Source: Enoplolaimus lenunculus (lineage: Eukaryota). Taken from it: a stretch of DNA of 64,000 nucleotides. Made by a program: the position numbers and the translations under genes. How positions within the stretch are numbered: the first letter of the stretch is position 1; each line of letters begins with the position of its first letter. Of this stretch, positions 49,501 to 61,500 are shown piece after piece. A model generated the notes under the pieces. The model worked only from the letters and a program-made list of their open reading frames with translations, was not told the DNA's origin and made no database searches. The DNA is taken from NCBI GenBank assembly GCA_030248215.1, contig JASANG010002570.1:186001-250000 (forward strand), read 5' to 3'.

Positions 49501-52500
49501 TTGGCTCAAGTGTTCATTTCGACACGAATTGCGACCAAAAACACATATTCTATTAGCAAATTAGAATCGACTTGCTTTGTAGTATATTTCAGTTATAAGT
49601 TAAACAACAATTTAGGTTTAAGACACCTTTGTGGCTAATGTTAGCGTATCATTGTTCGACATTCGACTTGTGTATAGCACCTATCGACAGTTGGCTGTCC
49701 ATCTTGTAGCTTTCGAACTGGTCACAGTGCAAAAGTTAAAATTTCAGCACATTTTTCGACTCTGAATAAATTCTATTTCTGTGTCAATTTTGAGATGTGA
49801 AATTGGAACAATTCATCAATTTCGGTGTCAATTTTGAAATAAAAAAATTGGCATGAGTTTGTCTCAGTTTGAAAGCCTATCGCTAACCGGTAATTCAGTG
49901 ATATACGCGCATTTGAAAATAAGGACACTAAACTTATTACAATTTTAACCATTATTTCAAGGGAGATCGCGGACGTGCAGGAGTGCCAGGAATCCCAGGT
50001 CCAAAGGTTGGTTTTCAAGCGTTAGTCGTTTACCTTTGTTTCATTTGACCTTTTCCAAATTTAGGTTCACAATTTTTTTGGTGTAAATTTAGTTTAATAT
50101 TTTAGTAATTTTTAAACCAGTGGAACAATAACTGGTTGACAAAGTACACCAAAGTCGTCTAAAAAATTCTGAGTCTAAAATTGCCTAAAAACAGTTGCAT
50201 TTATCATAAGTTGGGACGAACTCGGTTGTACGAGATGGGCGGAGTAAGAATATTTGGCCAATGTAAATAACAGGGGAGGAACAGTATTTTAAGCATATTC
50301 CTAAGCCTAAGCCTAAGCCTAAGCCTAAGCGTAAGAATGAGCATATTTCTAAGCCTTAGCCTAAGCCTAAGCCTAAGCGTAAGAATGAGCGTATTCGTAA
50401 GCCTAAGTCTAAACCTAAGCCAAGCCAAAAAAATTAGTCTCAGCTTAAACTTACACTTTTCTAGTCTCACAGAAAAACGTTCCGCCCCTGATTTTTACAT
50501 GAGCCGAATATTTCTACAAATGGGTAAGGATAATAAAGTTTACTACCAAAATTTTAAACCTCATTTTTAAATTGTTTAAAACGGAACGCAACCGACATAC
50601 TAAAAATGAATTTCGCACAGTTTCCTTGTGTTACTGCAATAATGTATTACTCATAAACCATGGTGCAACCGGAGGTCTGCGTCCGGTTCCGGCAGAAAAT
50701 CGACGTCCGGATCTGGTTATGGTAGAATTCAATGCGCAAGGTTCTGGCGATTTCCGTTGTGAAATTTCTAGTAATTTTTACAAAAATTACAAAGTTCGGT
50801 GCGTAGTATTAAATACTATTTTAACGGCTGTATTTTGGCTTCATCACCGACTTTAGCGAGGTTTGTCGACCGCCTGCTTGACGTCCTGTATTTTTTGACT
50901 TCCGGTCCCACGCGTCCAGAAACAGACTACATTGAACAAATTGAAACATTTCTTTCAGGGTCCTACAGGACAAGATGGCCTTCCTGGACATAAAGGAGAT
51001 ACGGTATTTTTGGTTTGATTGTACTTTTTGTGAATGTTTCGATCAAAGTCCTCATACTTTCGTATATGTGAGATAAGATCCGGATGTAATGGTATCTTGA
51101 TTTTAGTTTTTCCGGCCCATGAAAAGATCCGGGGCGGAACGTTCTTCTGTGGGATTGCAATGGACTGAGGTTAGGCTTTAGACCACGTTTTGTTTAGGTT
51201 TAGGTTTAGGTTTAGGGTTTGGTATCAGCCCTTTCTTAAGCTTAAGATTAGGAATATGCTAATACTACTGTTACGGCCTTGTTCTATACATCGGCCGTTT
51301 TTAAATTATAATTGAAAACACATCAAAGAGTCTTCTTCACACGTTTTTCTGTACATCAAAGAGTCTTCTTCACACGTTTTTCTGTACATCAAAGATTCTT
51401 CTTCACACGTTTTTCTTTACATCAAAGATTCTTCTTCACACGTTTTTCTTTACATCAAAGATTCTTCTTCCCACGTTTTTCTTTTCATCAAAGATTCTTC
51501 TTCCCACGTTTTTCTTTACATCAAAAATTATTCTTCCCACGTTTTGCTTTACATCAAAGATTCTTCTTCCCACGTTTTTCTTTACATCAAAGATTCTTCT
51601 TCCCACGTTTTGCTTTACATCAAAGATTCGTCTTCCCATGTTTTTCTTTTCATCAAAGATTCTTCTTCCCATGTTTTTCTTTTCATCAAAGATTCTTCCT
51701 CCCACGTTTTTTTCACAAAGATTCTTCTTCCCACGTTTTGCTTTACATCAAAGATTCCTCTTCCCACGTTTTTGTTTACATCAGATTCTTCTTCCCACAT
51801 TTTTCTTCACATCAAAGTTTCTTCTTCCCACGTTTTTCTTTACATCAAAGATTCTTCTTCCCACGTTTTGCCTTACATCAAAGATTCTTCTTTCCAGGTT
51901 TTTCTTTGGCAAACTGCTTTTACAGCGACATTCAATTGGTTTATGCAAATCAGTCATTTCACTGCGTATTTACTTATACTTGCAGAGATAATCATCGACA
52001 AACGATCCTCGACAATGTACAATTTCGCAGGGTGGGGCACTGTCGGTGAACGTGGACTGGTTCCCATAAGAGTAGGGGGTCGGGCAAATAGCAGCGGCGC
52101 TGGGTTCTTTAATCTTTGATTTGGTAGAGAAATACCAATTAGCATACCTTACATTTAAACCAAAGACAATTTTTGTTCTTTCTAATTATAATTTAGAAGG
52201 CATTTTAAGAGGGACTTAACTAAATTGCGGTATTCGTTTTTAGGGCCACCGAGGACCACCAGGCGTACCTGGCGAACCTGGGGCTTTTGGAAAACCGGTA
52301 AGCTGGACGTGTATTTTGGGTACGAGTGGTTGTTGTGGTTGTGCTAATAGCATTTGTGTTTTGGAACCAGGCACGTAGCCGGCTCACTTTGCAATGGAGT
52401 CTGAAAATTTTTTAGGACGGGCATACAGTTGTTTTCGATGACATACGAGCAAGGTTGAAAATTTTCTGTGGCAATGCAAAATACTTCCAGGGGATGCTGA

Positions 52501-55500
52501 TACCGCTGACGTCCTTTGACTACGGGCCCGTTTGGATGTTACTGAAGCTTTACAGTATTCCTTTTCACAATTTGAATTTGAAGACCATCTATTTTAGGGA
52601 CACGATGGCGAACGTGGCCCCGCTGGATTGCCTGGACCTCGTGGTCCAAAGGTAACACAACTTTCGTGGGATTTTACATATGGGCAATTAGTTGAAATCT
52701 TTGTACGCGAAACGATACAAAGTGCTTACTACAGTGTTTATGCCAATAGTCACGCGGTTGAACAATACAGAACACACCTACAAACCTAATTCCAGGGTTC
52801 GAATTCTGGCTTGAAATTAGGGCCAATAATCCTAATTGTAATAGCACCTATCATCAGTTAGCGATATGTTTTCAAACCGACGAACGTTATCAATTGCAGA
52901 TCTCAAAATTGATGCAGAAGTAGGGCAAATCAAACGCAAACAATGAGCTGAAATCCGAACTTCAGCATGTGCTGGTTCCAACGTTACAAGACCAATCACC
53001 AACTGGTGATCCGTACTACACACATTTGAGAATAATGGCTTAGGGCACAAAATTGATATGTGTATATTAGTGTTTTTGTATTTAGCTTGATTTATGGAAA
53101 TACCTGTCGTTTCATGTACCTGTAACTTTTTTGCAATTGATTTTATAGGGACCACCTGGACAGGAAGGCGACCGTGGTTTGGACGGCAAGAAAGGATCTA
53201 AAGGCGTTGTAAGTGTACTTGGTATATAAAACGGATCTACGATAATTCGTCGTTCGACAACGGACGCTCAAAAGTGTCCGAACGCCTATGAGTAAATCTA
53301 AGCATTATACTAAGCATAAGCCTAAGCGCAATGATGGGCGACGATTTGTCGAGTCGATAAAATTTCACATTACAAGTTGTCGGGCAACGAATTGTCGTGA
53401 TATGTTATAAAATATAATTATTCACATGGAGCGGTAGTTGCGAACGCTAAATCAGCTTAAGCCTGCCATTAATTTATTCGCGTAACTTTTTATAAATTAG
53501 CGGGGTTATTTGATTTTACAAATCTATTCTTCGGATCGTCTTTGAGAGCCAATGGCTGTTAGACAAGTATATTTTTTGTGAGAGACACTCTTTGGCTCAT
53601 ACGGTTCCGCGGCGTATTCCTATACGAATCTTGTGCAGCGGAGCGGTGCTCGGAACGTCGTGGGTTCGATCTCCACCACTTTTCAACCTTCACGTTTCAG
53701 CTTAGGCTTAGGAATGTTATTAATCTACTGTTACGGTCGTAAAAGTAGCATTGACAGAAAAGGCCATAAATTTAACTTGCGCTTCCGATATCGCACAGGA
53801 CCTGAATAGTCCAAATCCAGTTAGTATTGTCGCTAAATTTAGATAAGTTGCATACTAATAAGAGGGGGTAATAAGGGGGGCCCCCATTTTGAGTTTTAAT
53901 CAATAGGAGTTCGTATTCCTAATAAGAGTCCGTAAGCGGATACACTTCCTAAACCCTAATTAGAGTCCATAAATGTCAATTATCCCTAATTGTAGTGCAT
54001 AAATGACTCCAGGCCCAATTAAAGTTGAGTTTTAAACTTTAAACCATACTTAAGTTTTGAAAGTACATTCTTGTATAACCTTGCATTATCGCTCAAGCTT
54101 TTGATACAAGACAGGTAAACGTTTAATTTAACAGATAATAGCAGTACCGGATATATATCAGTAACGATGGGTGGTGGAGCGTGGGTTTAAATAAATAACA
54201 GCCCGTAACCGAATAACAGCGGGGTACCCTGTGCAGAGGCCAAATAAATATCAGTCCGCCCTCTTATTCGGTTCGCTACAGTACTCTTCTCAAAGCGTCC
54301 ATATTTGCTTAACTGGTAATTTTAGCCAGGAGCTAAAGGTGCCCAGGGCATGCCGGGCAAAAAGGCGCCGCACGGCGAAGACGGACGCCCCGGAACACCA
54401 GGGCTCGCCGGGGTTAAAGGCGCTCCCGGCCCTCGGGGCAGTCCAGGAGTGAAAGGGACACCAGGCCGAAACGGCTACGATGGATATCCTGGATTTGCTG
54501 GATACAGGGTAAGTGGTATGCGCGAATTCAGGATTATTTTCGAAACAATGGGAGGGTAAGGCTCAGTTAAAAAATGCGCAAAAGATGCAATTGTAATTTT
54601 AAAGGAAATTTTTTGCGTGTCTTACAACAAATATTTTTCACTTTTGCTTTATGTTACTTTAAGCGGTGTCCAGGTTTCTGGTGTGTCCATAAAAGAGTAG
54701 CTTTAGATTCTAGATTACATTTCTATACTTGTCGTGCGGTATCGGACGGCGTCGCACGTCAAAATGTTTTTGACGATGACAAATAAGGCCGGAGGGTGGC
54801 AGCCGGTGATGAACGGCGCCGGACGGTAATAGATAGTGACCAGCCGGCGCCGGACGGTAACTGACGGTAACGGACAGCACCGACAAGTGTAGCGCCTCCT
54901 TTGATCTCATGAACCGTTCAAATATTCGCCGGCAAAATTTCGTTGCTCCAACTTGTGCTTAACCTATCCAGTGTTTTTCATTATGTGCCCACTTCATAGC
55001 GTTTGCCCAAAAAAGGCCGAATTTTTGCAAAATTTATCGCATATTTGAGCTTCTCATGGCCTTCCGCAATCATTCCTTACTTTGAATTATTGTGATAATT
55101 TGGTTCAAATAATGATAATTTTATGGGTATTTGACTGCAAATTTTTCAGTTATAATATCTGTTTTAGCACCCTGACTTGTCTCTGGGAAGGTGTCAGATA
55201 AGTTATTTATCCATACTCCGAACTGATAATTGAATAGCAAATCATTTACCTTTAGTTTCCACCAATGGTGGATTCATGGGGGGCCACTCCGGCCGTGCCC
55301 CCACCCCCAACAGCATCTCAACATAAATTATACAGAGTGTCAATTGCTGTTCGACGCTGTTCCGAAAATAGCAGGCAGTTCTAACTTATATTTTGCTTTT
55401 TCAAAACTGAATTGGCTTCCGGATCCGAGCGTTTAAATTTGTGCCTGTTTGAAACCAAATCTGAACTTATGTTGCCACACTGTTGTTTAGATCTAAATTG

Positions 55501-58500
55501 CGTTGATGCGTTAGTTTTATTTGTGATTCATCTCAATTGAACGAACGTAAAGAAGTCAATTTTATGGCAATAGTTCGTGGTTTGTGTGTCGGTCAAAAAT
55601 ACGTTTATTTCCTGTGAAATTTTGGACCTCCCATTGTGAGATCCTGGATCCGCCACTGGTTTCCACTGTCATTGCTGGCCGCGCCGTTCGCAAGTTGAAC
55701 GAAAATTTTAGACTTTAATGTCATTTAAATTATTTGAATTTTGTGCCGGTACCAGGGTGTAACCCAAAGCTAAAAATATCAGAGCCGGAGGCAGACCCCC
55801 CGGCTGTGTCTTTACAGGAATGATTGATTATACAAATCGTTTCACAACTTATAACCGTTAGCCATGTTGTCAAGTTGTCAACTATGTATACACTGCAAAA
55901 AATGGTGAGTCAAATTAACTCGTTCTGAAATAGAGTCTTCATTACTACACCAACTGATAAAAATTCAACTCCGCCAGAGTCAACTTCGACTCACCGAGCG
56001 ACACAGTCGAATTGACTCAGGCAGAGTCGAATTTGGACTCAGCATTGTGTAGTCCGGAAAAGCCTATTTCGGAGAGAGTCAATTTGATTCACCATTTTTT
56101 GCAGTGTAGCATCTATCATTTAGTTATCAGTAAATTTCCAACCCAGAAAGACATCAAATGCTGTGGATTTGAAAATTGGCATACTACAAGGCATTTGTAT
56201 ACAATGCGCTAAATTTCAACGCTCACAATTTCTTGGTTCAAATGTTACAGAAAGAATCTATCACCAGCTGGTGATTGGTGCTAAACACATTTTAGAATGC
56301 GAGTAAAGCCCATGTATAGAAAAGGGCCGGAACAGTAGTATAAGCATATTCCTATGCCTAAGCCTAAGCGTAAGCCGAAGCGTAAGGATGAGCCTATTCC
56401 TAAGCCTAAAGCCTTAGACTAATCCTATTCCTAAGCCTAAAGCCTAAGCCTCAGCCTAAGCCAATTCCTAAGCCTCTAAGCGTAAGCGTAAGAATGAGCC
56501 TATTCCTAAGCCTAAGCCTAAGCCTAAGCCTAAACGTAAGCGTAAGAATAAGCCTATTCCTAAGCCTAAGCCTAAGCGTAAGCGTAAGCGTAAGAATGAG
56601 CCTATTCCTAAGCCTAAGCCTAAGCCTAAGCCTAAGCGTAAGCGTAAGAATGAGCCTATTCCTAAGCCTAAGCCTAAGCGTAAGCGTAAGCGTAAGAATG
56701 AGCCTATTCCTAAGCCTAAGCCTAAGCCTAAGCCTAAGCGTAAGCGTAAGAATGAGCCTATTCCTAAGCCTAAGCCTAAGCTTAAACAAAAAGTTAGTCT
56801 AAAGCTGAAACTGACTCTTTTACATCCCCGCCGGAAAATGATCCGGCCCTGTTCTGTACATGGGCCATACGAGTACATTGCTTAAAGCTTATGTGTGAGA
56901 GTTTGAAATGTAAATATTAACTGATCAGAAACAGCCGGATTCAACTGAACGTTAGAGATTAACGAAAATTGCATCGTTCAGTGCGTTCGGGTTCACCTTT
57001 GTGCCAGCTTTAACTTTAGGTACAATTTTGAGTCATTCTAATAATTTCTTAATAAAATAAGCGTTAAACAAAACTTTTTTTTTGAAATATTAAAAATATT
57101 TGCTAAAATCCGCTATTTTAGCTACATAATTTCGCTTCATCTCAGGTTGTGGCAAATTTTATTCAGCTTGAAGTCGGGTATTTTTCACATCCGGTTCCAC
57201 GCTGAAAACTGATACTACAGTTGAATCGTTTGATTGTTTTACAGGGCGAGCCGGGCGATCCTGGAGCACATGGACTTCTTGGAGTTCGAGTGAGTCGTAG
57301 TTTTGAATTTTTTAACAGAGCCTTAAACTCACAACTCGAAAATGTGGAGTCAGTTTAGGCCGACGGGACTTCTGGCCTCTTTCACAAGCAGCTGAAAACG
57401 CAGGCACACAGCGGATGGCTCGAACTAGCGACCTACGAATTTCTAAGCCAACGCACTAGTACCACTGCGCCACACACCCACACTTCTCGAACTCGTTATA
57501 TCGCTGACTAAATGTCGACACGTGTGCTGCCTGCATGCAAACAATTGGATCCGTAGCCAGAGAATGATCAGTGGAGCTCAGCCATCCCTGGAAGAATTTT
57601 GTTCCCCCTAGAAAATTTTCAACCTTGCTTGCAAGTCATCGAATACCCTTGTATGCCCGTATAAAAAGTACAGGTAACAAAATTACCTCTGAACAACATT
57701 GGAAGTAACTGAAATACTAGTCAATGTGGTTTCAATATTTGCAATCGACCCCCAACATATTTCTTGCAAAAATGTCGGATCGCAACTTAACATCTTTAAG
57801 AACAATGCATGAACAAACCCTATACATTCTTCTTGATACTATACATATTAACAAAATTCTACTATTTAGCTTGCATCTGCAACCAAGAAATTTTGATAAA
57901 TGGTTTAGATACAAAGGTGCATACCCATTATAAAATGCGATTTTAACGGGGTCAAATAGTTTTTCGTCTGTGGATGCAAATACCGGAAGCGCGGTTCCGG
58001 GACCAACAGGATACGGTCCGGTAATTAATACCAGACGCGATAATGCTCTCTGCTAGTAACTCATGGTGCTACTGCTAAGTGTTAATATATATGTATACAG
58101 TGATTTACAAGACACTATTTAGAGCGTAGCAAAATACCGTGGCCAATGTTACTTTTAGGGGCGTAACAGCAGATTAAGCGTATTCCTAAGCCTAAGCCTA
58201 AGCGGTGCAAAAGTGTGTTCCTAAGCCTAAGCCTAAGCCTAAGCCTCAGCGTTGCAAAAGTGTGTTCCCAAGCCTAAGCCTAAGCCTAAACCTAAACCTA
58301 AACCTAAACCTAAACCTAAACCTAAACCTAAGCCTAAGCCTAAGCCTAAGCAAAAAATGTAATCTAGAATCTAAACCTACACTTTTATAGACCCACCAGA
58401 AACCTAGACGCACCTAAAAGTAACATGAGCCCATACGTGGCGTAGTAATTTGCCCTACGGCAACACTGCGGTCTAACAGTGTATGTTAAAATTCCAGGGG

Positions 58501-61500
58501 GACCGTGGAGAGCCAGGAGTATCAGGCCAACCAGGTCAACCTGGATCAAGTGGAAAACAGGTAAAAATATCCAATTTAAATGAAAATGTTTGGTTGAAAT
58601 AAATACAATACAAGATTCTGCACTGTAAATTCCAGTGAGTTGATTATAACTCAGAATGAGTTGAATCGCTCAGTCTGAGTTAGGACTGTCAGAACTCATA
58701 TTTCTGAGTTGATTCAACTCATTCGGGTTTAACTGGTCAACTCTCCCGGGATAAACTCAACTCAGAGTGAGAATCAACTCAACTCAGAGAGAGTTAAAGA
58801 ATATTGTTATTAATTCAGGAATAATTAACTTTACGTCTGAGTTGGTTTATTAACTCATTGCAATTTACAGTGTGCCTTTACGTCATGTGTTCACATTTTT
58901 CAAATTGCACACCAACGTAAAAATAGCAGTTGTTGCCTGAACCGGGGTTGAGTTCTTCTACATTCCCCCATATTTAAAATCGCTTAGGCTTAGGCTTATG
59001 CTTAGACGAAAGCTTAGACGAAGGCTTAGGCAAACGTTTACGCTTAGCCTAAGACATTTTCAAAAAAGATGAGGTTTAAGCATGGGCCCAAGCATACCCT
59101 GTAAATTTCAGTGAGTTGATTTTAACTCAGAATGCGCTGAGTCACTCAGTCGTAGTTAGGACTATCAGAACTCAGAATTTTGAGTTGATTCAATTCATTC
59201 TGAGTTAATTAATCAACTCACCCAGAGTCAACTCAACTGAGAGTAAGAATCAACTCAACTCAAATTGAGTTATTGTTGACTGATGTTAATTTAGAAATAA
59301 CCAATTCGCTAACTGAATTGATTAATCAACTCATTTACATTTACAGTGTAAGCTTATGAAAGGCAGGGTTCAAGAACCGAATTATTTTGATTAACATTTT
59401 CTGATTATGAATAGTTTATTTTAGGGCAGTCCTGGCGAACCTGGACCATCGGGTCCTCAAGTAAGACACATAGGTTTTGTTAAATTAATTTTTGGTTACA
59501 TTTGAAATCAGCCATCAGATAGCGGATGAGCTTCAGAAACTTGACTGATCTTTAATTTTAGTTGAAGACTATAACGTTAATAAGGCAACCGATGTTCAGC
59601 TAACATTTCAGCTTGTAAACGCGTTCGCAACCGGTACTAATTTTAAACTTAGAGTCGTAATTTATTAATAAAATTATTCAAAAATTTAAAATTTCAACTA
59701 TATTCTCGTTCCTGTCTTTCAGACCTTAATTTGAGTGAACTCAAAAGTTAATTTCGTATGTTGTTTAACATTGGCTTGGTTTCTGAAACCCTATTTAAGT
59801 AGGACTTCCTACTTAAGTATGTGCCGATTGAGTCTTATTTAGCGTATTTATCGTTTCTTTGACCTGGGCTTATTTTAAGTAAATACTTAAGACACAAACC
59901 CAGGAACCTCTTTTGTATAAGGCGACACTACTGCTTGTTTCTGATGACAACGGCTCAATCTTGGCACTTATTTGTTTTTGTTCAAAACGTTAAGTATTTA
60001 CTTAAATCAACAATTTAAGTAAATGAGTAATTAGTTAAACAACACATTTAAATATATACAAAAGTACACTGCAAAAAATAGTCAGTCAAATTGACTGTCT
60101 CCGAAATAGGCTTTTCCGGACTACGCAAACTGAGTCGAATTCAACTCCGCCAGAGTCAACTTCGACTCACCGAGCGACTCAGTCGAATTGAGTCTGGCAG
60201 AGTCGAATTTTGACTCAGTTTGCGTAGTCCGTAAAATCCTATTTCGGGGAGAGTCAATTTGACTCACCATTTTTTGCAATGTAAGGTTTCAGAACCTCAG
60301 TCATTACCAGCCCAGCCAATAAAGTTTACATTTTTTTGATATCTGAAATATATAATTCCAAGGTGTTAGCTACGAGTGTACGTTAAATACGGTTTTTAAT
60401 ATTTATCCTCAATTTTAGTTAGATACCTGCGGGTCGTAAATATGTGAACCATGTAACCAGTTTATAGGGCCCTCCCGGTGCACGCGGAAGCCCAGGATCA
60501 CGTGGTCTTACGGTAAGATTTATTTATTACAACGGACGTGCACTGCAAAAAAATGGTGAGTGAAATTGACTCTCTGCGAATCGGGACTACAAAAGTTGAG
60601 CCACATTCAATTCTGTCAGAGTCAAATTTGACCCACTGAGCGACTCGGGTGAACCGAATTTAACTCTGGTGGAGCCGAATTTGACTCAGTTTGTGTAGTC
60701 CGGAAAAGCCTATTTCGGAGAGAGTCAATTTGACTCACCATTTTCCACAGGACAGAGCGAGCTCAAGCTACGTATTGTGTATCAATTTGCATACCCAGTT
60801 CAGAAAATGTAGGCTTTTTAGTATATACTCTATACGAGAAAATGATTAAGCTGACGCATACTACTTGCTTTTTACACAAGATGGCTGCGATCTTTCTGTA
60901 CACTGCAATAAATGGTGAGTCAAATTGACTCTTTCCGAATTAGGCTTTTGGGGACTACACAAACTGAGTCAAATTCGACTCACTGAGCGACTCGGGTGAG
61001 TCTAGTTTGACTCAGTTTATGTAGTCCGGAAAGCCTATTTCGGACAGAGTCAATTTGACTCGCTATTTTTTGTAGTGTGGTCAATTATGAGTTTCTGCCT
61101 GCTTTTTACCATACAGATTCGAAGTTGCATGTTACGACCAATGTAAAAAACAGGGGCGGAACAGTATTATAAGCATATTAATATCCTAAGCCTAAGCTTA
61201 AGCTTAAGCCTAAGCGTAAGAATGAGCATATTGTTAAGCGCAAGCCTATGCCTAAGCCAAGCAAAAAAATTAGTCTAAAGCTAAGCTTACTCTATTACAG
61301 TCCCACAGAAAAACGTTCCGCCCCTGATCTTTACATGGGCCCATGTGACAACGGCATAGTTATACAATGGACCAGAATATATAAATACATGTGACACCCA
61401 CCCTTGCCATTTTTGCGGTTCTGAAAATTTCGCGATGCGAACTGTTCATAGGGTTTTCGTTCTGTACTTTTAAGCTAAATATGACTCTTAAAAGGTATTC

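Noticed and set aside
51312..52119. Long ORFs (245 aa and 191 aa) with [14 protein letters not shown] repeats
   Set aside because: By-product of a stop-free 33-bp minisatellite in a collagen intron; no other coding evidence.
56451..56878. LRLRLR, SLSLSL and GLGLGL ORFs here and at many other sites
   Set aside because: Translations of TTAGGC/GCCTAA arrays inside MITEs.
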